The notes below the pieces were generated by a model. It made no database searches. It was not told the origin of the DNA and saw nothing but the letters and a program-made list of their open reading frames with translations. A stretch of 64,000 bases of DNA from Rhodosorus marinus CCMP1338 (Eukaryota; Plantae; Rhodophyta), in the NCBI GenBank assembly GCA_029953675.1, contig JAMWBK010000003.1:2418001-2482000 (forward strand). Reading direction: 5' to 3'. Numbering within the stretch: position 1 is the first letter of the stretch; the number at the start of each line of letters is the position of its first letter. A program made the position numbers and the translations under genes. Below are positions 41,369 to 56,149 of this stretch, piece after piece.

Positions 41369-42635
41369 TTAGGTGTAGCCGTGCTGGCTTAACCAAGTAC
41401 TACAATCAGGGTCGGCCTCGATCGCGTCTATACCTGCTCGCTCGTACTCCTGCAGGGCGGCAGACGTCCGAATATGTCCACGATGCATGTGGGTGCTCGG
41501 ATTGACCGCAACGGTGCTTGAGCACTGCAAGGGCTTGATTCCGTCCAGAAGCGTGGCCAAGATCTCCAGTTCACTTTCCGAGCGCTGTCTTGTCCCAGGT
41601 AGCGGTTCAAGTTCCTGCTTCAACCACGCACGTCCCTGTGCGTCGGCAAACCTGTTTTGAGGCCAGCGAACGTAAGCATTTTAGGACAAGCTAGCCGCGC
41701 AGTGAGTGTTAAATATACAGCGTACTTGTGCGGGATATCCTCCGTTCTGATCCATTGTATCCCGTCTCGGCCAGCCCAGTCCTTGATCTTATCTAGACAA
41801 CGGATTTGAGCCCGTGCCTGAAGCACCCACGTTTTCGGATCCTTCAGGTCAGAAGGACTTAGTAGCCGTGTGTTTTGGAACTCTTCGAGACAAAAATTCT
41901 CCTCGAGCAGATTTTCTTCGTAGACCATGGACGACCAACCCATTCGGATATTGGACAATACTGTGGAGGAGAAAGCGTTAGATAATCTTAAAAGGGATGA
42001 AACTGATCCATGAGATATCTGCGCACCCTGCATTCTGACATCCCGACTGGTGCAGATGATCTTATCTATTCCGAGCTCAGAAGGAGCTCGCTGAACTGAT
42101 CCAAACATTTGGTAGATATGCGGCATCAGGTGTAGCTTAACAACCAACGGCACTCCCATAGACTTCAGCGCTAGAGCCGCAGAGGCACTGTCGTCCGTAG
42201 AGAACGTCTTCGCTGTGGATACTAGATCACTAACATACCCGCTAAGTGTGTTGGGATTATCTGCTTCCAGGGCTTTCCGGATCTGCAAAAAGTTCACCAG
42301 CCCCGGTTGTCAGTCTCGTGTGGATGGATGTTCACCCTTCATCAGCGCTAAACCTGCGGAACATATATTCTCACCATGTTGTAAACGATTGTCGATCCAG
42401 TTCGGGGAAGTCCCATGACAAGAACCAGTGGAGGTTTTTCGTCGTGAGCATCTCCATCGTCCTCACAGGAAAACTCCTTCGGGAACCCAGAATCGTAAAC
42501 TCTGAAATGCGAGTTGTTCAGAATAGGGGGGAAAGATTTCAACCTCGGGGTAAGAAACAGACTGGTCAAGGCAATACCCAGGAAAAAACCGGCGAAGAAC
42601 CGTAGCCAATCGGAGGTCACTCTAGCCATATCCAT
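41369..42635 (-). CDS. Type II membrane sulfotransferase-like (P-loop) protein (exons 42635-42375, 42282-42027, 41960-41726, 41651-41369)
   Basis: N-terminal TM anchor (FFAGFFLGIALTSLFL), 5'-PSB-like VLVMGLPRTGSTIVYN, and 3'-PB-like ICTSRDVRMQVLSNIRMGW after splicing. Frame-consistent GT-AG introns. Confidence 0.72.
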
Positions 42636-44248
42636 CAAAGATAACCCTCACCTGCCGTTGAAATCGACATTTTTTAGTTCACGATCTGAACATGCTGGTG
42701 CACGAAAATAACATAACTTCCCCCATCCCTCTCAAAGGGCTACTTGATGGGCACGATCCAGCACATGCCCAACCCTGCTTGCTCCCTACACCTGATATGG
42801 TCAACAATGTTAAACCCAAACGAAAACAAGAATCAATCAACACGAGAGCTCAATCAACTATAAGGCTTAACGGACTGCGTTTTCAATCGCTCTGCTGGGA
42901 TTTCAGGATTCTTAAGCCAAAAAAAAGAGGGGGGTTACAAGCAAACCCTTATCGCATCCCCCTTCTTGTTTTTCATCCACCGTATCTCCGAAAAGAAAAC
43001 AGCAAAAAGGCAGTCGACGATTTTCTAAACTTGTCCATTCGGCGGGGGGAGGGGGTAGCATCGGATAGCAGTTCAAGTGCGCAGTTCAGGGTGAGCGGTC
43101 AAAAAAAAGAAGAAGCAAAGAGTATGTCCCTATAGAATATCGGATATTCAGCGAGTTAACAGTGGATCAACCAATTAAACAGCGGAATGTCAATGTAGAA
43201 GTTGGGGTATGACACTTGTAAGTAAATGATTGGTTTTAGAATCCCGAATCAGATTGGAGTTTCTTTTTTACAGGACAAAAATAATCCAAAAACGTAGAGA
43301 AGGCGAAGATGGCTAGTGTTTTTTTCCTGAGAACTGGAGAATCGTATATTATACTATAATACCTTGTACAATATTCGCGCCCGACCCCCTCCCTCAGAAT
43401 CATTTTTTTGGTAAATCTGAAATATCCTCTCTTATGGCTTCATTCGCCAAATTATCTACAAAGTTGAGTTTCTTATCATAGGGGTTAAATATTGTTCAAG
43501 TTGCAATACCCCATAGGGGCTCCTCTTTCCAAACATGAAGGGTAAGACCATGATGGAACAGAATAAACTTGATTCTTGTGTTCTCAAGCAAGGGGGTCAT
43601 TTTTGAATTGTTTTATAAACTTGGATGGTTTCTATGATAGTATTTGGGACTGGCTTTAGGGGGGTACATATTTCTAAAAAAAGGAGGGGTCAGAGGAGAG
43701 ATGGGGTAGGGGGGCTTGTTTGCTAGGGCCCAGGTAAGTTTTGGAAAAATCGATGATCAAAGGGAACACTGGACTAAACGGCTTTTCGGGTTGTTGGGAT
43801 CGTTTTGGGTGTGGGGGGGGGGGAGGGAACTAGTTCAGTTACTCGTTCAGGGAGAGATGTGGGAGATGGATAAATGGCAGTAGCTTGTGTGTGGCGTTGG
43901 TGAGTTTAGTTTTTTTTCTGAGGGGTGGGAGGAGGGAGAGGGAGTGGAGGTGGGTTTACGTGGAGAAGATTACTGTAACAGTTCTTCTTGGGTTCTTGAG
44001 AGAAATGTCTTGAGGTGTTAGGATATTGTGGTAGAGTGGGGTTTGGGAGGGGTGTGTCTGCCTTTGAGCTTTTGGACTGATGATTTGGGGGTTTCGAGGG
44101 GGAAGGGAGAACGCGTCATAGGGTGAACAAAACGCTGCTGGTGGATTAGGAGTGTGAGAAAGAGAGGAAGGTAGTGGTGCTTGGTCAGTTTGGGCGGGGT
44201 TGGGCAGGTTGCGGGAAGGGGTTTGCTGAATTTGTAAGTTTGGGCAAG

Positions 44249-46184
<1,936 letters not shown>

Positions 46185-46892
46185 CAAATCTGATTGCTCT
46201 TCCACGATTTTACGGAGACTGACGCAATTCAACTATGTCCTCTGCTCTTTTGCGATACACGCGTTATGAAAATCAGTATGGACGCAATTCACACGCGGCA
46301 AGGACTGCTACTATGGGGGAAGCTGAACTCTCAGAGTTCAACAAGAGATGAGTCTGTCCTGAGGCAGTACTTTGATTTCAAACCAGAAGCGTAATTGAAG
46401 AAAGAGGTATGATCTGGCTCCCAAGTAAGCTGATGATTAGGGACGTGATGAGACAAAATGACTAATCAACGAAAGCAAGCGTTGCAACGGATAAGCGTGT
46501 CACCAGCTCCCCCATATGCCGAAGCTGGGAGGGACGAACCACATATTTTCTTTTTGAGGTGAGATGCCGAGGACTCAAACTTCTGGTTCCCAGAATATTG
46601 TCGCACCTCGTCCTCGCCGAGTGGAACAATTTCAGGGCATACTGTGGAAGCCTGGTCTGGCTTCTGCGTCCCATTGTTCGTTCATAATTGTACCTTTGAA
46701 GTGCTCGAAAGTTAGAGCGGACTATTAAATGTGATACATGTTTAGAATCCAAACAGTGAGCCCGTGCGATGGAATCGCGGATGGCCTCCTGTGCGAAACT
46801 CTATCAACCCAAGCAGCCTTGAGAAAGATGCATTTAAATATTACTTCAGGTGCATTCAAGGCTTCGGCTCCGGATCGAAACAAATTCCAAAT

Positions 46893-48596
46893 CTAGTCCT
46901 CCTGCTGAGTCTCAAGGAACTTCGCCCACGACTCCTCTCGTTTTCTTCTTTGCTCATCAGTCTCCTTTACCCTGAAATCGCTCTTTCCATCGAAGAATCC
47001 AGCTTCAAGCTTTCTCCCGTCGAAGAATCTTTCATTCATCACCTCGATGCAGCTGCGCAGTTCATTCCAAACAACCGAAACCAAAAACGAGAACAAGTGG
47101 AAAGCAGCCTCAATCAGGATCCCGAGGAAGCGTCCCCATCTCAAAGAGTCTGTAGCGGTTGTCAATACCTTTCCGCTGAAGCTGGCTGTTTGAACTTCAC
47201 GGCCACCACTCCTTCGTTGTTTCCGTTGAAAACCGTAACCTTCTCGACTTCGCCCATCTTCGAACACTCGATCTCCATATCTTCGCGAAGGTCCTGTCCA
47301 ACGTAGGTGTCATTTTTGTCATCACAGCAATGTTCTTTGTCGTCAATCGACTTCGCCACGGTAACTATTACCTCGTAATCCGTTGGGTTTGTCATTTGAT
47401 TTGGATCGAAACAATGTTTCAGGATCACTATTCGAAGTCCTCTACCGTCGTCAACGCCTTCATTCCAGCCCAGTGCTTTCTCCTTGAGGGCCTGCTGGGC
47501 ATTGGCCACACCCTGAAAAATATATCCCCAAAGGCTTTCAAAACTTGTGCATGGCCGAATGTGAGCAGGCGTGGTTAAAAGGCACCCACTGACCCTCACC
47601 TTTTGACGCTTCGGCCGTGAAATATACGTGTTGCCTTTAATCTTAAATTCAGCTTTTCGGACTTCGAGGTTCCATCCGGGTTTGAACTCTGCGCCGTCGA
47701 GGAGTAGCACAGCGTTGTCAACAGATGGCGGCTGAAGGTAGGTCACGACCCCGTCACCTGAGCCATGTGAGCGAAGGCTTAGCGTACGGGTTGCACCATT
47801 CGCCTACTCATGTCATTATTCTGTAAACGCCTACCTTTGAGTTGATCTTTTTCGTCCCGATAGAGTTTTACTTTTGCTTTTCCCGTGTCCGGGTCAGGCT
47901 TAATGATTCCGCACTTCGAGAAGTACTTCTCGACGTCCTCATCAGTGCTATCGGGAGGTATTCCCGCAAAATAAACGCTGGAGTTGTTTTTTATCATCTT
48001 TTTGAGCTTCTCTCTTTCTCGCTTGAGCTTCTTCTTCTGCCTCTTCTCCTCCTCGGCCTTGAGCATTTCCACTCCAGATTGTTGTACTTCTGCTTCAGCT
48101 TTGGGTTTCTTCTCCCCCGCGGTGTCAGTAAAATCACCCGGGACTTTGCCCTCCTCTTCACCATCGAGGGGATCGTGTCTCACCAGTAGCTCACGAAGTT
48201 CTTCTATTTCTGATGCCGGCTTCCATGCATTCATTCCGGACTTCCAAAACAGACTTAGTCCGTCAATCTCTCCGGCCTGGACGCGCTTCGAAATAGCATC
48301 TGGAAGCAACGGGCCATGTCTACCCCCATCTTCATCAGCAAACATCCAAGCTCTACCCTGCCAAAACAAAGGGCAAAGGACAATAAATCGGCCGTTCGAA
48401 ATCAAGCCAAGGTGCTAAACCCTATAACAAAGCAAAACGCATGCAATTTCAACCATACCTCTATTTCAGAAACCCTCTGCCAGTCATCAAGACCTTCCGA
48501 CCAAACGAGAACATCACCAGGGATATTCTCCCAGGTCACCGGACCACTCTGCCTACCTTCCTCATTCAAATACCACCAGGATGCCTCCGACTCCAT
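46893..48596 (-). CDS. HTATSF1: U2 snRNP factor HTATSF1/Tat-SF1/Cus2-like with two N-terminal GYF_2-like modules, RRM and UHM (exons 48596-48459, 48357-47835, 47757-47600, 47512-47372, 47293-47169, 47052-46893)
   Basis: NNSSVYFAGIP, KVKLYRD..KGDGVVTYLQPPSVDNA, RIVILKHCF, ECSKMGEV, MNERFFDGRKL. The modules W.y.....q.GP...lvW.eG..dW occur twice. Confidence 0.92.
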
Positions 48597-50472
48597 CAGC
48601 GTCCCACAACCATCCACTATCCCAGCACCTCAACCCGCACACACCCCTCAAAAAATTGCGAACCAGGCCTCTCCTTACAAAGACCGAGCTTTCTCAAAAG
48701 TCTTAACTCCGCCTTAATGTGATTCCCGCTCCACTCTCTCCTCTCCCTCAGCACCTCATCATTCCAGATCTACCAAAACCAATCTCCAAATGCATCCACC
48801 CTGCTCCCCCCGTGAGCCATCAAAATCGATGGAGTTCATCATCCTCGACGTTTCCTTTTGTCCCACTGACTATGGGACGAAATGATGGGACACCTCCACG
48901 TTGCACATCATTTATCAATCAACATATATATATATATATAATAAACAATATCCATACTTTATATTTGATATATTCTTGTTGTTTATTTTTTGTTTTTGGC
49001 GCATACTTACGGTAATCTTTAACAAGTCTCCGCGCACTTTTTTTGGCACATGTTTCATAAATGTGGAAGGATATGGTCTAGATTATGAGCCGATCTAATG
49101 TCAAAAAAATTTCTTAATACCTATTTTTGCGTCCATGTTTTGCACGTAGTGACAAGATCTGGTATCGCATTTAATAAATTATGGGTTTCTCGAATCTTTG
49201 GTCTTTTGTGGTGAGGGGTTGAGGGGTTGCTTGTAGGGTGGCTATACTGTTGGAAATGTTGACTTTCTAGGGTTCGGGTAGCTGGCTATTGTGCCGTATT
49301 GGACGGCTAGGCGGAGACCGAGGAGGTAAGATATATGGGGACTTCTATGATCCAGGAATTTCTCCGTTGTTTGACCACAGAAGATGCTTCTGGCGAGGTT
49401 GAATCCTGAGTCTTTCGGATGGGTTAGTGACCTCATCCCTGCACTCTTTCTTGGGTTTACGTTAGGGATCCCTAGCTCGGAGTGGCGACAGTGCGCGACT
49501 GCTATCCCTATCTCCTACTTGACGTGTCTAGATATCTGAAGAGATCGAGATTGCTCGTCCCTCGTGAGTCTGACCTCCGAAGATTGGTCATTGCGCGGCG
49601 CGTAGTAAAAGAAGGCATGCCGCGCTATAGTAGGTTTACCTAAGCAGGCGATAAAAAATTCTCCCTCTCTATGAGGCTGAGTCCCTAATGGTTCTGTCCC
49701 TCTACTCAGTCACCACTCGCGCAAGCATTGTGTTGAGCGACTCTGGCAATAAACGTAGCTCATCAGCCTGAATTCCTGCCATGGCCGCACTATATCCGCT
49801 GAGCCGGTTTGAGTGTGTCAGTCATCTCCAGTACAAGCCAATAGTCGTGCCAAGTGATTGCATTCGCAGCCCAACCAATCGAGAATGCTGAATCCCAGTA
49901 AATGGGAGGTGATTGGCCGACCTTGGCAACTCTCGTAGCTCAAGACCCAGCGAAAATTTACATGCAAAACATAAAATCAGTTTTCCAAAGATGCTTCTCG
50001 CCCTGCTTTTCATCTGACAATGTCAGACTAGCTGTTTGCTGAGAATTGTCGTCTGCATACTGCACTCTAACCTCCAACCTCGGCAACCCTGATGCCGACG
50101 GATTATGGAAACATTTTCGTCGTTTCCAAAAATAGAAAAATATTGGTACCCTCTAAGAATTTTAATATTTGAATGAAATTTGTACTGGCATATGGAAACT
50201 CCAGAATAATGCCTCAGGGTTTCCCATCGTCGCCGCCTTGTCAGAGGTTCCACACTGTCGTCCGCTTTCCATTGCGTATATATTCTAGACGCTTGCTTTT
50301 CAAAAGGGTGGCTCTGGGGCGGATGCTCAATTGAGCATCCGCCCCAGAATTGCAAGTTCAGAAAAAGTTGAAACAATTATTCAGCTCAACTGGCTGCCGG
50401 AGAGGGTCTTGTTCGGCATCGGAGGACGTCAGTCCCGGGCGAGGACAGGAGTGAAAAAAGACAGCTTCTTAT

Positions 50473-50655
50473 CGTCCATATCGCAACTAATTTTGTATAA
50501 AAATTCAACCTTGCTCCTGAAATCATTTTCAAAACGGTAAAAAAGCTGCCGTTCGCGCTAAAACTCCCGTCTACCCATCAAACCACTTTCACAGGATTCT
50601 GATGATTCTTTCTCGAGAATTCCGATAACGAAATCTGGTTAGCACTAATTCTCCA
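50473..50655 (-). pseudogene. Decayed coding fragment, paralogous to 61113-61320
   Basis: Collinear nucleotide blocks shared with 61113-61320. Translates LSEFSRKNHQNPVKVV*WVDGSF...FFTVLKMISGARLNFYTKLVAIWT, with an in-frame TGA. Confidence 0.6.
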
Positions 50656-51028
50656 CAGATCAACGCGAAAGGCGCGGTACGAGTCGTTTTATTGTTACGG
50701 GGTCTGGCAGATACCCTATCACTGCCATGCAGCTGGTTTCCGAATTCGTTCTTGAAACAGCCTCCAACCAAAGCAACCTTGTCTAAGCAGCGGATCTGCT
50801 GTCGGACGGCTTTTTGCGGAAATCTATTTTCGCCGTTGTCCGGCTTTGCAGTAGTCGCCATTTTCCGCTGAAGCTCCATCGGCTTGGATTGATCAACAAT
50901 TCTTAATGTAGTTTGTGAGTTAACCATTAATTAATTCATGATTGGGTTAAAATTTAGATGCGTGCATGCGAGGTTACCCTCCACGCTAATTTCTAATCTA
51001 CAAAATTTCCGGCGGCCGGGACAGAGGT

Positions 51029-51580
51029 TCAACTATGCTCACGCATGTGAGCCTCCAGATACTCTCTATAGTTAAACAATTTCTTGCAGCCGAGCTCCCT
51101 GCACCTGATGAGACCACTTACGTCTACATCTGGCCGTGTTCTTCCTCCTCCGCGGACCTCGATACTCAAGTAGAATCGACTGTTCTCTTCGATATCGTTG
51201 AAGTCCGATGATTCGCTCATCTCTGACGACGTGGCGAGTATTCTCCTCAGGGTATCATCCTGTTCTGATACGGAGGAGACTTTTGAGAGGGTGGGCTCAA
51301 TTTTCTCTATGACGGGCTCCCGCCGCTCATAGGATTCGCAGTCTTCTGCTGCAGCTGCCCATTCCCCTGCTGCGTGGTACCTCTCATGATTAACCAAGCT
51401 CGATCGCCACTTGAACGACATCCCGCAGTTAGGTCGCTCGCATGCATACGGCTTAGCCTTCGTATGCACTCTCATGTGCGCCTGAATGTTGAACTTTCGG
51501 CTTGATTCCTTCTTGCACCCAGCGAACGGGCACAGAAAGGCCTTTTTCTTTCCACTCCTGACTACCGACTTTATCTCCAT
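51029..51580 (-). CDS. C2H2 zinc-finger transcription factor (2 tandem fingers plus 1 C-terminal finger), intronless
   Basis: FLCPFAGCKKESSRKFNIQAHMRVH-TKAKP-YACERPNCGMSFKWRSSLVNHERYH, and CRELGCKKLFNYREYLEAHMREH. Confidence 0.92.
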   Translation of the reverse strand: MEIKSVVRSGKKKAFLCPFAGCKKESSRKFNIQAHMRVHTKAKPYACERPNCGMSFKWRSSLVNHERYHAAGEWAAAAEDCESYERREPVIEKIEPTLSKVSSVSEQDDTLRRILATSSEMSESSDFNDIEENSRFYLSIEVRGGGRTRPDVDVSGLIRCRELGCKKLFNYREYLEAHMREHS

Positions 51581-54500
51581 TTTCGTTCACCTGCCGCAGA
51601 CTACTTTGACACTCCTCTCAGACCCACCTCCACCTCGACACGTCGTTCCCCTCCAACTGATTCCCTTTAATATACTTGCCGTAGTGCATTTAGTCGTCCT
51701 CGCATATGCTCTCGAGAAAGCAAACGAACGTGTGATAAATGTACCCCAGGCTGTTGGTTGCTGACATTTCAGCGTTCTCTTTCCAAACATCCTCCAACAA
51801 GTCGTTTCCACTATCAAAACGTTCCAAGTTCGAATCACGAACGGATACAATAGGTCACGGAAAAAGAAAAGTGGTGCTGATTCTGCCGTTCTCCACTACA
51901 ATAGCGAGGGAGTTCGTATTCTAAAAATATCCGCTCCTAACCGAATTTTCTACTCAACTGACAGGATCAGTCGTCTATTTGTCCCTCCCTCAGCTACCTT
52001 CCCCGTGATATAGCCGTCGCCCAACAATATCACCGACATCGGAAACACCGACTTAAACGCTATCAACAAACACCCAGCCCCTTGCCCTCAACTTCTCACA
52101 TCCGCCAACAACCATACGACAGATGAATACATCGAAATAGTGTTGTGCCCAATGCTCGCAATTTTATTTATGAACATCATCTACTACCCCTATATCGATA
52201 CCAAAAGCTTCTTACGATAGATCTAATTTACCTCCCCCCCCCCCTCCCTGCATCGTGCATTGAAAATCGTGCCTATTCCGAACTTACAAATTAGAAAAGA
52301 ATACAACATCCAGAATTGTGAGTCAGGCCTCGATATTTTTAGAAAGACCGCAAAAACAGTTTCCAAAAGACACAAAAACAAAAAACCAACAAAAAACGCT
52401 CGAAAACCCACATCCACCATTTTCGAGCGCGATCGCGTTGTTTCTTAATTCACATTCCGATTTTCTTTTTTATCGAATTAATACTAAAAACCCTTCTTTT
52501 ACCGAATTTAGGTCGAGAGGAGGGGATAGGGGGTGGGGGGGCCCTGGGGTTAAAACTTCCAGACAATGCCTAAAAACAGAAGTGAACCCTCCAAAGGAAT
52601 TTTCCAGTAAACCAAAGGAGTATACCCCCACAAAAAAAACAAAAAGCAAAGGTCCCATATAGATATCGAGGTCTAAGTGACAGGGGCCAAGTATTCAACG
52701 ACAAAAGGCAAAATTATTCCGGCACGTACTTTATAAAAAGTTTCAAATTATAATAAAACAGTGACCCATCGAGTGCTGGTTTGGGGATAAGGGGGGGTGT
52801 GCGGCGGAGGCGCCTCGGGGAAGGAACCCATTCCGCTGGTTTTTTGTTTGGAAATAAATTATCCTGAAAACGAAACTTTTTTATAGAAAATCTGAGTAGA
52901 GCAAAAATATTTAACGAAAGAAAAATCCAACACTATTGAGCCTGGAAAAAAGGGTCGGAAAGGCTGATTCAGTCGTTTGTTAGTAATCAATCGTTTTAAA
53001 GTGATGCGGGTTTGGTGTGGAGGGAGGGGTGTGCGTTGCAAAAAGAGAACCGAAGCACCGTTGGGTGCACCGTTGGATGCTTCGGTTCTCTTCTTGTTCT
53101 TCTCTAGTTTGAAGGTGGAGTGTTGAAGCGGTTGAGCTCTGCGGATCGATTCACGGCTGTGAGAGAATGAAAGATAGCTGGAAATATCTTTTGGCGGGGT
53201 GCTGACGAGCAGCAACCCCTTCAACGCGATGGGTCTGGCGTTTGGGAATACTTGTCAGCCCTGGGCCGTGCTGAACATACGTGATCGGTTCAACACGATT
53301 GAGGGAATTTGGAGGCCTGGATAGCTGCGGCTCTATGCCGAAATATGGATTTTACTGATCCAGTAGAGGCTGGAGGTATCATGGAAAAGCGAGCTCCGCT
53401 CTCTTAAGCGTAGATTGTAAAGAATTTCACCAACGAGCATACAAAACGTATAGGGAGGAATTCTCCAGTCGTATCCGTTGCGGGTCGACCCTCAGCTCAA
53501 CCCAATGAATTCGACGTCTGATTGGAGGCCTAGCCTGGAGCTAGGTATGCGTCATGCCACTTGTCCAAGGATTTCTACCCTCTTCTGGTGTAAATTCTGA
53601 ACGTCCAAGAATCCCAGCAAGGAAACGCGGACTGCCACGCCGTGGAGGCAACCCGTTGTTTCTCATTCAAGGACTAGTGCGTCGTGAGCAACGAGCGACG
53701 AGCAAAAATCCTTCTAGGAATCCGAATCAGTTGCGTTCTTATGTTCGGGTCACGTCCAGCTCACCTGTTCTTGATGATCTCTTAGATCAAGTCATGTTTG
53801 TTTTTTCATTTATAGGAGACGAACTACTCTGAGAGCACTGGTTTATCATCCTGAAGGAGGGAGTACCCCCTCCTTGGGCCTATATATGCGACCAAGTTCA
53901 AGTCTCTAGACGGAAGTGCGACCACTGACTTCGATCGTAGTCTAACATTCTTTGCAAACAATGAAAGTACCTTCTAGCTCAACCCGATTCAATTTGACCG
54001 TCTTGTCTTAAACTAAATCGACTCTGTAAAGAACAACCCACTGAAGTCGCATTCTTGCACTGTATAAATCGTCAGAGAAAATCCGCGATCGCGCGGGATA
54101 GCGCAGAACCCCATCAACGTTCCGAGCAGATTTAACCAGCTATCGCATGCGAGTTGTCCCTGAGGCGTGCGCTCAGCTCTTTCTCCACGCTTGGAAAGTG
54201 TGTCTACAAACTGTAGCCAACACTATATGCGAGAAGCTCATGTAAGACTCGCACGCTGCTCTTCTTGAGTACCTGGACTCTCTGCTTTTCGCCGGCTCCG
54301 AACTCTGTGTTACACAGTTTGTGGGTTTTTTTTTAGCGCTTGGAACTTCGCGAATCGATCTTCAATCATCTCATCATGGCAATCATTATGGTCCTACAGC
54401 CTGTCATGTCAAACGTCTCGTCCACTCAAATCATTTTCTTAGGTTCAGTGTGATGAGCTAATCCAATCACAGTAATCCGCTCTTCTTCTTTTCTCAAATT

Positions 54501-54787
54501 AGTTATCTCCACGCGTCCCGAAAACTCCCGAAGCATATGATCCGTTTCTAGATTTATTTCTAGGAGGCTTGAAAAAAAACTAGGTTCCCACATTGCTGGG
54601 GTTGACTATTTTATGTCGATATTTTCTTTAATTAGAAAGTAACGGTCCTTTTTCAAAGCGATTTAGATAGTTTGATAGACTAACATCTTAGATTAGCTAT
54701 TAAGTTGATTTTGGCTTTATTTATATTTTCGATTTGACAATTTTTATGTTGTCAGCTGGCGCTGCAATAGTAGAAAAACTCTTCTGT

Positions 54788-56149
54788 TCACACTCGTGCT
54801 TCCTGCATGTGAGTGAAGAGCTGACGATGATACTTGACGACTTGATCCTCCAGCTTTCGGTATGCTTCCGTTGAACTCTCTAGTTCAGCCTCAAACTCAG
54901 CGCCAAGCTTAGCCTTTTTGTCGCTCGTTTGTGATACCAACTTCTCATTCTGTGCGATTCTTGATTCCACCGCTGCTCGCTCACGTTCAGCCACGGTACG
55001 ATCGTTCTGAAGCTTCTCGTAGGTTGCCTGGACTTCCAACTCCCGGTCACTGATCTGCTTCTGAATCCTTGAAACTCTCTCCTCAGAGCTTTGGACTTGT
55101 CGTTTTAGGTAGCTCTCCTGATTCTCTAGTCGACGAAGCTCACTTTCAGCTACGGAGATTGCCTGCTTCCTATCTCTAACTAGCTGCAGTTGGAACTTGC
55201 TCCTATCCATTTCTCTTTCGCACTCCTCCATTACCGTAATCCCCATATGAACGTCCGTTTCACAGACTTGCAAACCAGATACACGATTCTGGAGCTCTCT
55301 CGTTCTTCTTTCCATGCTGACTATCTGTTCACGATCATACTCGAGCTGCTCCTGCTGATCTTCAATCTCCTTGCGAACTCGTTCAGGAGACGAGACGACC
55401 ATCGATTCATATCTTCCAACTTCTTGCTCTTTATGGAGCACCTTCACCCTCAGAGACGCCGCCTTCTCGCCAAGCTCGCTTACCTCAGCCTTGAGCTTAC
55501 GAATATCTGACTGAAGCTTGGACTGTTTTTCGTGAAGCTCCTGTAGTTCGGAGGCCAAGTTGCTTGTTTTCTTCTCCAGTGCCTCACTTTGAGGCCTTTC
55601 GGCCTCAACCTTCTTGTTGTACAAATCAATCTCAGCCTTGAGGCTCGCATTAGTCTTCGCAAGGGCGTGCTTTCTCTCCAATAGTGCCTCAGAGCTGTTG
55701 TTTAAATCCTGAAAGCGAATGAGCCTCTCCTCTCTGAACTTTGCGAGGTTAATCACGGCCGAGAGCAGGCGCCGCAGTCGCTGGTAATCAGGCTTTGCGT
55801 AGTCGTTCATGCAAAAGTCCGGCACCCCACACGCTGTCATCAGCTTCTGCATCCGGCGATGAAAAGCTAAGAATGGTATAGAATCCTCGTGTAGCTCAGG
55901 GTATGAGATCACATCCACGGCCCCAAATACCGGCTGGCTCAATTCTTCCTTCGAGGAGCCCATCAACAACTCAAGAAATTGCTCAAACAAAGCTCTCACG
56001 CTCTCGGCAGAAGGTTTCCGCAAGTAGTCCTCAGAAAACGGTATTTGAAGCTCTCCCAGGCACTGAAAGATCTCATCTGGAGACAAAATCGGAAACGAAT
56101 ACTGCGGAGCACTCTTCGACGGGGTTGTGACATACCGATTTGACATCAT
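54788..56149 (-). CDS. NUF2: Kinetochore protein Nuf2 (Ndc80 complex), intronless, 453 aa
   Basis: YSFPILSPDEI, YPELHEDSI, CGVPDF...D..KPD..RLRRLLSAVINLAKFREE, followed by a long coiled coil. Confidence 0.95.
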   Translation of the reverse strand: MMSNRYVTTPSKSAPQYSFPILSPDEIFQCLGELQIPFSEDYLRKPSAESVRALFEQFLELLMGSSKEELSQPVFGAVDVISYPELHEDSIPFLAFHRRMQKLMTACGVPDFCMNDYAKPDYQRLRRLLSAVINLAKFREERLIRFQDLNNSSEALLERKHALAKTNASLKAEIDLYNKKVEAERPQSEALEKKTSNLASELQELHEKQSKLQSDIRKLKAEVSELGEKAASLRVKVLHKEQEVGRYESMVVSSPERVRKEIEDQQEQLEYDREQIVSMERRTRELQNRVSGLQVCETDVHMGITVMEECEREMDRSKFQLQLVRDRKQAISVAESELRRLENQESYLKRQVQSSEERVSRIQKQISDRELEVQATYEKLQNDRTVAERERAAVESRIAQNEKLVSQTSDKKAKLGAEFEAELESSTEAYRKLEDQVVKYHRQLFTHMQEARV

